Below, piece after piece: positions 53,734 to 64,000 of a stretch of DNA of 64,000 bases (its first letter is position 1; each line of letters starts with the position of its first letter). The stretch covers positions 23,188,001-23,252,000 of the forward strand of contig OX597837.1 in the NCBI GenBank assembly GCA_951406725.2, given 5' to 3'. The translations under genes and the position numbers were made by a program. The stretch is from Octopus vulgaris. Taxonomy: Eukaryota. The notes beneath the pieces are model-generated. The model worked only from the letters and a program-made list of their open reading frames with translations. It ran no database searches and was not told the DNA's origin.

Positions 53734-53802
53734 TCACCCGTCATTAGACGACGTATGAAGGTTCAACAATTTCTTACTGAACAGCCACACAAATGATCTG
53801 TT

Positions 53803-53840
<38 letters not shown>

Positions 53841-54333
53841 ATTTAGTATGATCACAACTGTCCGAAGAATGGGAATGTGAAAGTCTGAGGTAAGAGTTTG
53901 TGGAGATTTTTGCAGCTCTAATAAAGGCATATTACTCTACCTTCAGTAATTGAGTACTAATTTTTCTATCTTGTTTTGCATTTATGTGCTTACTCATGTG
54001 AATATATATGTATCTTTGATATATATATATATATATCCCTCTCTCTCTTTCGGAGAGGCACAAGCACCTACACGCACATATACACACACGGCAGTAACTT
54101 CCACCTACCGAATTAAACCACAAAGCTCCGGTCGGCTCGGGGCTATAGTGGAAGACACCTACCCAAAGTGCCATGCAGTGGGACTGAACACAAAATCATG
54201 AAGCTAGGAAGCAAGCTCCCTCACCACACAGCCATGCCCCATATATATATATATATATATTATTATTATTATTATTATTATTATTTATTTTTTTTTTTCT
54301 TTTCCAGTTTCAGCTCATGAGCTGTGGCCATGC

Positions 54334-54406
<73 letters not shown>

Positions 54407-54878
54407 CATTATTATTATTATTATTATAGGTAGATAGATAGATAGATAGATAGATAAGGACAAAGGTGAAAAGAGAGAAAGAAGGGAGAGGAAAGTGAAG
54501 GATAAAGAAATAAGACACAGAGTTAAACAGAAGAAAGGGAGAGACGACAGTGGGAGAGAGATATAATTAGAGACATAGAGGGAGAAAGATATAGAGATAG
54601 AAAAAGAGAAAGAGAGAGAGAGAGAGAGTGCTTCAAATGGTGCTGCAATGATACGGCATACCCGTATCGGTAATAATAATTGTGTTGGGGCAGTGAAGAA
54701 ACTGTGGTCTGTCTATGCACATTTGTGTATGTGTTTATGTATATGAGCATGTATATGACAATATAGATACATACACATATACACATTAATATAGATATAA
54801 ATATAAACATATATGAATATATATACGTATATATATATATATACCTATACACACACGCACAGACACTCACATTCAATG

Positions 54879-54955
<77 letters not shown>

Positions 54956-55122
54956 CATGCATATATTTATATGCCATATTCACTTGAGTACAATGTGATC
55001 TGAAATATAATGCCACCCGCACATACAATTCAAGCACACACATATGCACATACTCACACACACACATATACATATATGCATGTATATATTTATATAAATA
55101 CATAAATATACATGTAGTATAT

Positions 55123-55167
<45 letters not shown>

Positions 55168-55468
55168 CATATACATATATACACACACACACACATATAT
55201 ATATACATCTATATACATACATATATATATTTACTTATATATATATATATATATATACATAGAGAGAGAGAGAGAGAGATGTAACTCTCACACACGTGCA
55301 TGAGTGCACACATGCACACACACATACACACAAACACACACTCACACACACACACACACACACACAGAGTCATACATCAGCAACGGATGAGAACAAGTGA
55401 AAAAATAGGATAAGGTGGAATGCAGCAATGGCGTAAGAAGCAGCAGTAACAATAGCATCATCGTCGTT

Positions 55469-55501
<33 letters not shown>

Positions 55502-55749
55502 GTCATAATCCTCCTCCCCCTCCTCATCATCGTAATCCACCTACTCCTCCTCCTCCTCTTATCATCATCAACAGTTGCAAGAGCGGCATCAGTGACGGCT
55601 GATCAATGGCAGTTTCAACAGGTGTGGAATAACGTCAGTGAGTGAGATAGAGTGATGTTAAAACGTGCACCAGTCTGTGAAAAACTGCAATAATTGATGC
55701 AGCAAAAGTAACAAGGATAAGAACGGTGATAATGATTGCAGTATGATCT

Positions 55750-57270
55750 ATACTGCAGTAACAGCAGCAGTGACGCCAACTGCATTATTAACAATACAAG
55801 CAGCAGCAGTCACAACAGCTGCACTCCAAACAGTATGACAGCAGCAGCAGCAGCAGCAGCATTTGTGACAACAATTGCAGTACAAAGAACATAAAGGCAC
55901 AAGAGCAGTGGTGATGATTGCCTTATTAGTAACACAAGCAGCAGCTGTCACAACATCTGCACTATAAACTGCACAACAACAGCAGTGGTCACAACTACTG
56001 CAGTATCAGTTGCAGAATTGAAGAATTTGTGACAGCAAATGCAGTTTGAAGAATGTAACAGAACAACATCAGCAGTGACAGCAACTGCATTATTAACAAC
56101 AGCGGCACTCTAAACAGTACGACAACAACAACAGTAGCAGCAGCATTTGTGACAACAACTGCAGTATCAGTTACAGAATTGAAGAATTTGTGACAGCAAA
56201 TGCAGTTTGGAGAATATAACAGAACAACATCAGCAGTGACAGCAACTGCATTATTAACAACAGCGGCACTCTAAACAGTACGACAACAACAACAGTAGCA
56301 GCAGCATTTGTGACAACAACTGCAGTATCAGTTACAGAATTGAAGAATTTGTGACAGCAAATGCAGTTTGGAGAATATAACAGAACAACATCAGCAGTGA
56401 CAGCAACTGCATTATTAACAATACAAGCAGCAGCAGTCACAACAGCAGCAGCAGCTTTCAAGAATTTGGACCTGGAGATCTCCATTTCCAGTGACTTCGA
56501 GGGCCACCTCCCAGTGGTGTCGGACATCAACAAAGAACCCTCGACTACAACAAGACAACCAAAGTTTTCTTTTTTTTCTCAAGGTCTGGGGTCTCTTACC
56601 CCTAAGCCCTAGACCATCACCTAATCACTCTTACCTGTCTTGTTGCTTAGCAACAACAACAACACCAGCAGCATTTGTGACAACAACTGCAGTACAAAGA
56701 ACATAACGGCACAAGAGCAGCAGTGGTGATTGTCTTATTAGTAACACAAGCAGCAGCTCTCACAACATCTGTGCTATAAACTGCACAACAGCAGCAGTGG
56801 TCACCACTACTGCAGTATCAGTAGCAGAATTGAAGAATTTGTGACAACAAATGCAGTTCGAAGAATATAACAGCACAACACCAGCTGTGACAGCAACTGC
56901 ATTATTTGTAACACAAGCGGCAACAGTCACAACAAGTGCAGCATGAAGAATATAACAGCCAAACAGCAACAGCGACAACTGCAACATCAGCAACACAAGC
57001 AGCAGCAGTCACAACATCTGCAGCAGGTGCATTTGTGACAGCAACTGTAACAGGATGAATATAACAACACAACAGCAGTATCAAACAATGCATTATTAGG
57101 AACACAAGCAGCAGCAGTCAGAACAATTGCACAATGGTAGCGACAGTTACAACCATTGCAATATAAGCTGCACAACAGCAGCATTTGTGACAACAGCTAC
57201 AGTATGAAGAATATAATGTCACAACAGCAGCAGTGGTGACTGCATTATTAACAACATCAGCATCAGCTGC
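55750..57270. repeat. Complex GCA/ACA-rich tandem array with 161-bp period and an ~812-bp duplication
   Basis: CAGTATCAGT at 56001, 56162, 56323 and 56813. Confidence 0.85.
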
Positions 57271-57832
57271 ATTATAAATGATAATTGAATCATGTGATCC
57301 TGGGTGTAAATACATCTAGTAAATAGATTGGATGGCTATGGTTGGAATGCTTTTGCCTACAGGTTTCAAGAAAGCTAGCATGGCATTGAACAACAACAAT
57401 AACCACCACCACCACCACCACCATGGCTGTGTGGTTAAGAATCTCATTTCCCAAAAATGTCGTTCTAGGTTCAATCCCACTGCACGGTGCCTTCGGTAAG
57501 TATTCTATCATAGATCCAGGCTCATAAAAGCCTTATGAGTGGATTTGGTGGACTGAAACTGAAAGAATCTCAATGCATGTGTGTGTGTGTGTGTGTGTGA
57601 GTGTATTGGAAACAAGTGAGGGTTGGTGACAGGAAGGGTGTCCAGTCTGTGGAAAAATTGACTTGCAAGAAGCTGGTCTGTGATGCAAAAAAAAAGAGGT
57701 TGGGTATCACTGCCTCAATAATATATTCCTCTAACCAATGCTAGCTGGGAAAAACAGATGTAAAACAAATGAATGAATGTAATATGATATGTACCATAAT
57801 AAATTTAATGTAATAGTATAGTTGTTACTTAA

Positions 57833-58052
57833 CCCTTTCATTACTAACCCGGCTGAAACCGGCTCTGGCTCTGAGTACAAATATCTTGTTTTCATAAATT
57901 TCAAATTAAAATCTTCTACCAAACCTTAGTCACAATTTATGTACTTATCACTAGCTTAATGATAAATAAGTTATTTTACTAAATTCTTTGTTATATTTAA
58001 AGTAATTGAAAGAAACACAGAGCGTCTCAAAATAAATACAGTAACAAAAGGG
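57833..58052. mobile_element. piggyBac-type MITE
   Basis: TTAA|CCCTTTCATTAC ... GTAACAAAAGGG|TTAA. Confidence 0.75.
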
Positions 58053-58849
58053 TTAAATAAATATAAGGTAGTAATTATTCTGAATGGTTTCTCTAGTTAA
58101 ATGGAGAAAATGTCAAGGGCTAAAAGGAAGCAAGAGAGAATGGAATCATAGATGAATTCCATCATAAATTAATAGCATATATACTATCCTGAAATCTTGA
58201 ATTCGTTCGACCCATTTTCTTTTCATAATCCTGAATTCTGAAGTTGGTTTTCAAATAAAGTGAGAAAATGTTTCAAACAGCGAACATTTATTTTAGTTTA
58301 GTTCCTGGTACCATGCAGTCTGTGGCTATTTTAACTTTCCGGTTCTGTCAAAGGACAGTGATCTCTTCACATTCATTCTTGTATGAGCTGTGATGGAATG
58401 GTTGGGGAGAGGAGGCTTGGGGGTAGTCCTTCATTTGTCTTGTATTTCTTAAAACTGACTGAATCACTGTAACATTGCACGTTGTTTTTGACTTCAAGTT
58501 GGTCAGTATTTTGGAGCCACACACACACTTTCTCTCCACCGCTTTCTCTCTCTTGCTCTCTCTCCTGCTCTCTCCTTCTGTCTCTCACGAGGTTTTGGGA
58601 CTTAGCACTGTAAGGCAAATGATATACTTATTAGCTGTTAGGTTATCAAGTGCCACTTCGTAGCACTTAGATAAACTGAAGTAATATAGAAGGAAACCAC
58701 CAGTGCTTTTTCAGTGAATTTTAGTAAACATAAACTATGTGAAACTTTACAATATATATGTATATATATAAATGCATACATGCAAACATTACACACATAT
58801 ATACACGCATATATCTAGAGCTCAACAGATATATAAATACATACCCTGT

Positions 58850-59232
58850 CACTCTTTTACTTGTTTCAGTCATTTGAGTATGGCCATGCTGGAGCACCAC
58901 CTTTAGTAGAGCAAATCGACCCCAGGACTTATTCTTTGTAAGCCTAGTACTTATTCTATCGGTCTCTTATGCCGAACCACTAAATTATGGGGACGTAAAC
59001 ACACCAGCATTGATTGTCAAGTGATGTTGAGGGACAAACAGACACAATGACACACACACACACACATACACACACACAATGGGCTTTTTTCAGTTTCTGT
59101 GTACCAAATCCACTCACAAGTCTTTGGTTGGCTTGAGGCCATAGCAAAGGACACTCACTCAAGGTGCCATGTAGTGGAACTGAACCGTGAACCATGTGAT
59201 TGGGAAGTCAGCTTCTTACCACACAGCCATGC
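58850..59232 (-). mobile_element. SINE family A
   Basis: Colinear with 712-1124. Confidence 0.85.
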
Positions 59233-59636
59233 ATTTGGCTTATATAAAAGATGCATCTAAGTCTGAGTTTGATAATTTTTATGAAGGATTTTTTTGCCGT
59301 TTCTTTATTCGATGTTTTCATTTAATCTAGAACAATTGCATTCCTAAATCCATTAATCCTTTAAAGCATCAAAACCATTTTGGTACCAAAACCAGATAGA
59401 AATGATAATGATGATGATGATAGGCACAGGTATGACTGTGTGATAAGAAGTTAGCTTCCCAACCACATGGTTCTGGGTTCAGTCCCACTGCATGATACCT
59501 TGGATGAGTGTCATCTACTATAGCCTCATCATCATCATCATCATTTAACATCTGTTGTCCATGCTGGCATGGGTTAGATGGGTTGACCAGGAATGGCAAA
59601 GCTGGAAGGATGCACCAGACTCCAGTCTGATATATA

Positions 59637-60449
59637 CAAGGTGCGATGGGTAAATTGTCACCATTGTATATTTTTAATTTTGTGCATGTGCATTGTTTAT
59701 TTTTGATTTTGTCAACAACACAGTATAGTAGGGTCAGCTGGGCACAGTCTGTGAGAAAAACAGAACCATGACAGAATTCACTCTGCCAGAAATTTGGAAA
59801 CAGCATGCTGTACTGCTTGGCTTTTATGCCAGAAGATCCAATATGAACATTTCAGAGAGTTTAGGCGTCAATCTGAGGACATGTACCGGAGTGATAAAAA
59901 TCAAATATCCAGTCAAACATACATAAGAGAACCATCCGAATATGGCCATTGCCAGCGCCGCCCCGACTGCCTCTGTGCCAGTGGCACGTAAAAAGCACCA
60001 TCTGATCGTGGCCGTTTGCCAGCCTCGTCTGGCACCTGTGCTGGTGGCATGTAAAAAGCACCCACTACACTCATGGAGTGGTTGGCGTTAGGAAGGGCAT
60101 CCAGCTGTAGAAACATTGCCAGATCAGACTGGGCCTGGTGCAGCCTTCTGGCTTCCCAGACCCCAGTTGAACCGTCCAACCCATGCCAGCATGGAAAGTG
60201 GACGCTAAACAACAATGATGATGATGAGTCAACATCATGGTATTTTGAGTGATATCTAGCTTCTGGCATGAATTCCATGTAGTACAACATGTTTCAAAAT
60301 TTCTGGCAGAGTGAATAGCTTCATAGTGTTGTTTTTCTCATAGATGATACCCAACTGACCCTACTATACTATGTAGTCAACAAACTTAATAACAAACAAT
60401 GTGCAAAATCAAAAGTATACAATGGCGACAATTTATCCATCGCACCCTG
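59637..60449. mobile_element. maT-derived element made of two inverted left ends, with an RTE tail (59930-60226) inside
   Basis: TA|CAAGGTGCGATGGGTAAATTGTC ... GACAATTTATCCATCGCACCCTG|TA; both arms match the left end of 31015. Confidence 0.8.
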
Positions 60450-60651
60450 TATGTATATGTATATGTCTAGTTAGAATCAAATCCAAAGTGGAAATTTTAC
60501 TGGTGAGTGTGTTAAATAATAAGGCACCAAAAGAGAATGACTCTCCCCAGACATAACAGAATATACTTATTTATTTGTGTGTGCGTGTGTATATATATAA
60601 TTATTTATTTATATATATTTAATTATTTATTTATTTATTTGTTTATTTATT

Positions 60652-60698
<47 letters not shown>

Positions 60699-60861
60699 GT
60701 GTGTGTATGTGTATTATGAAGGGTATCCAGTTGTAGAAATTCTGCCAGACCAGATTGGAGACTGTGCAGCCGCTGGCGTTCCAGACCTCAGTCAAACCAT
60801 CCAACCCATGCCAGCATGGAAAACAGACGTTAATCGATGATGATGATGATGATATATATAA

Positions 60862-60962
<101 letters not shown>

Positions 60963-62330
60963 CATACGCACACATATGTATATTTCTCTCTTTTGTTTTC
61001 TTTCTTTCTTTCTCACTATCTCTCTCTTTCAGTATGTGTGTGTATACATACACACACACAAACACACACATATAGAGAGTGAGAGAGAAAGGAAGAACAG
61101 CATAGATATCTGTGTGTGTGTTATATTAAAAACACAATTATATCAGAGTTTAATCATTTTATGCAATATCTCTTATTTCTTTATTACTCCTTTATGAATA
61201 GTTTAATACAATAGTATTCCAAAAAAACCATTACCATTTCCAGACCATCTTGCACATATCATTACAATGAACTAATGGTAATAATGGAACATCATTCATG
61301 GATTACAAAGGCTCATGGGAATTTTTCTTTTTCTGGTTGTTTCGGTCATTGAACCATAGCCATGCTGGAGCACCACCTTGAAGGGTTTCCCGTTGAACAA
61401 ATCGACTGCAGTAGTTGCTTTTCTTGTGTTTTCTTTTATGCCTGGCACTTAGGTCTTTTACCAAAACGGCTAATTTTGCCTCTCAGTTACTTTGTCTTGG
61501 AGTACTGTATTGACTTTGGCTTCATAAACAACTGAATTTATCAAATATGTCCTTGATCAGACAAGCTTGAGGCAAATAGCTGCACTGTCAAAAAATGGTT
61601 TAGGAATTTAAAGGATAAGCATAAATCCAGATTTAAAGATTTTATATTGTAGATTTTTATCCCTTGATATCAAGATTGTTATTGGATAAGGTGAGATCTA
61701 TATTTTGCTACTGATATATCTCCCCCCTTTATGTTCTCTCCTTTCTCCCCTTCTCTTTCTTCTCCATTCCTCTTCCATCTCTTCCTCTCTATCCGTTCCC
61801 CTCCTCTCCCCTTCCTAGTCTCTCCTCTCCTCTCCTCTCTTGCCTCTCTCTTCTTCCTTCCTCTTTCCTCTCACTCTTCTTCCCTCGTCTCTTCTCCTCT
61901 CCCTCCTCTCCCCTCTTCTCCTTCCTCTCCTCTCCCCTCTTCTCCTTCCTCTCCCCTCCCCTCTTCTCCTTCCTCTCCTCCCATCTCTCCCTCCCCTCCA
62001 CCGTATTCTCCCCCCCCTCGTGTCCCTCTATCCCTACTATTCTGTTCTTTCAGAATTTTCTATCATTACAACCTCCATACTCCTACACTTTTTCTTAATA
62101 ATATAATTCTTTGTTTCCATCTCTTTCTCTCTCTTTCACTTCCTTCATGATTATCTGTCCTGTCTGTCTGTCTGTCCATCGGTCTGTTTGTCAACTGTCA
62201 GTCTGTCTGTCTGTCTCCCTCTGCCTTCTCCCCCTTCTCTCCACCATACTCTATCACATTTTCACTCTTTACCACTCATAGTCACTGCATTTCATTACCC
62301 TTTCTCCTTTCTTTCTTCAACATATTACAT

Positions 62331-62417
<87 letters not shown>

Positions 62418-62756
62418 TTTATCTCTTTTCCAAACACAGTTTCATCCTTCCACATGGCATATCATATTACATCACACACACTCACTATTGCTCCACCTGC
62501 TAAAAATAACAGCCAAATGTCCTTCATCTCATACCCCAATGTTTCAAGAAATGACACACTGGTACACATGTCATACTTTTCCTGCATATTGAGATAAGAC
62601 AGGTTGGCCACAGCCGGAATGCCTTTGATAAGACAGCAGTCTGCTTGAGGTTAAACAGCCACTGCTACGTTAAGGGTAATGTGTCTACGGAGCACTCAGC
62701 CACTTGCACATTAATTTGCCAAGCAGGTTGTTCTGTTGATCGGATCAACTGGAACC

Positions 62757-62933
62757 ACGAGGCAGGCGTCGTCGGGCGTCGCCGTTCGTGTTGTAGTGCG
62801 TTCACCTCCTGGTCATTTTGGCCCACATGGTTCCTCCGAGGGTGCTCTTCGCCGAGTGTCCGAGGCGGCCGGTACATTCACTGTGAAAAAATTAGAGTGT
62901 TCAGAGCAAGCCCCACCGGTTTGCATACGAAAA
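62757..62933 (+). pseudogene. 18S rRNA V4-region fragment (retroposed piece)
   Basis: GGTGCTCTT..GAGTGTC..GGCCGG.AC.TT.ACT.TGAAAAAATTAGAGTGTTCA.AGCA.GCC matches the conserved eukaryotic 18S segment after V4; CpG-rich compared with flanks. Confidence 0.8.
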
Positions 62934-62989
62934 GTCGTCATAACCGATGGAGTGCCACGATATACATATATATATATGTGTGTGTGTGT

Positions 62990-63140
62990 GTCCCCGTTAC
63001 TTAGCGGTTCGGCAAAAGAGACCGATAGAATAAGTACTGGGCTTACAAAAGAATAAGTGCCGGGGTCGAGTTGCTCGATTAAAGGCGGTGCTCCAGCATG
63101 GCCGCAGTCAAATGACTGAAACAAGTAAGAAAAGAGTAAA
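62990..63140 (+). mobile_element. SINE family A 3' half
   Basis: TCCCCGTTACTTAGCGG...GAAACAAGTAAG. Confidence 0.85.
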
Positions 63141-63144
63141 GGAG

Positions 63145-63186
<42 letters not shown>

Positions 63187-63196
63187 CATCAAATTC

Positions 63197-63650
63197 ATTA
63201 TCGTTTAACGTCTGCTTTCCATGCTGGCATGGGTTGGATGGTTTGACTGAGGACTGGTGAACCAGATGGCTGCACCAGGTTCCAATCTTATCTGACAAAG
63301 TTTCTACAGCTGGATGTGTAGTGGGTGCTTTTACATTCCACCGACAGGAGGGCCAGTCAGGTGGTACTGGTGACAGTCACGCTCAAATGGTGATTTTTAA
63401 GTGCCTCCTGCACAGGAGCCAGTCCAATGGCATTGGCAATGACCTTGCTTGAATGTTGTTTTTCATGTGCCAGCAAGGCGACACTGGGAACAATCATGCT
63501 CAAATGGTGCTTTTTATGTGCCACCAGCACAGGAGCCAGTCAGCGGCCCTAGCAATGATCACGCTTGGACAGTGCTTTTAACGTTCCACTGGCATGGCTG
63601 CCAGTCAGGCAGTGCTATCATTGGCCACATCAGTGAATTTGATTTTGATT
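63197..63650 (-). mobile_element. RTE 3' UTR (family C)
   Basis: Reverse complement of the 44705-45076 family. Confidence 0.75.
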
Positions 63651-64000
63651 GTGATCATATGGTACATACCTGGTAGTTTGCTGGTAAAGCATGTTCACTG
63701 GCTCAGTGTTCGTTAGGTATTTGGTGAGCCTGAAGCATAGTTTTTGGTTCAGCCCCATTGCATCACATATTGGGCAAGTATCTTTTGTTGTAGCCTCAGG
63801 CTGACAAAAGCCTTGTGTGTGGAATTAGTAGATAGGAACTGAAAGAAGCCAGCCATATATATATGTATATATGTATATGACATGTGACATGTGACCGACC
63901 AGGCTATCAGGTGTTGCTACACATCGCTGGTCACAATGCACTTCACATTGTTTTGGCCATCAAGTGATGCCACCAAGCTGGCTAAGTGAGCAGGCCAACA

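Noticed and set aside
62757-62933. Functional rRNA gene
   Set aside because: Only ~180 bp; no flanking 18S sequence

Overview
AT-rich, repeat-saturated eukaryotic DNA. The SINE families and microsatellite spectrum suggest a cephalopod, most likely Octopus; this is recognition, not a database result. No host protein-coding exon could be supported, and nearly all ORF-track entries are translated microsatellites or transposon debris. The window holds at least four tRNA-head SINE families, two RTE LINE families, R4/Dong-type (RLE) retroelement pieces clustered in (AAT)n runs, Penelope-like (GIY-YIG) fragments, mariner/maT/Tc1/Tigger remnants, three non-autonomous Helitrons and three TTAA (piggyBac-type) MITEs. 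The main hidden signal is about a dozen intact, degenerate or half type-I minimal hammerhead ribozyme motifs, read by eye, with different flanking sequences. Two sit in long fold-back palindromes: 35113-35743 has a full hammerhead on each strand, and 29729-30140 has one full and one half. Other notable items are a ~180-bp 18S rRNA V4 fragment inside a probable SINE tail (62757-62933), an aborted-RTE fold-back duplication (52543-52731), and a ~560-bp non-coding (AAT)n-associated element fused once to an R4/Dong 3' end. All folds and homologies were read manually and need computational confirmation.
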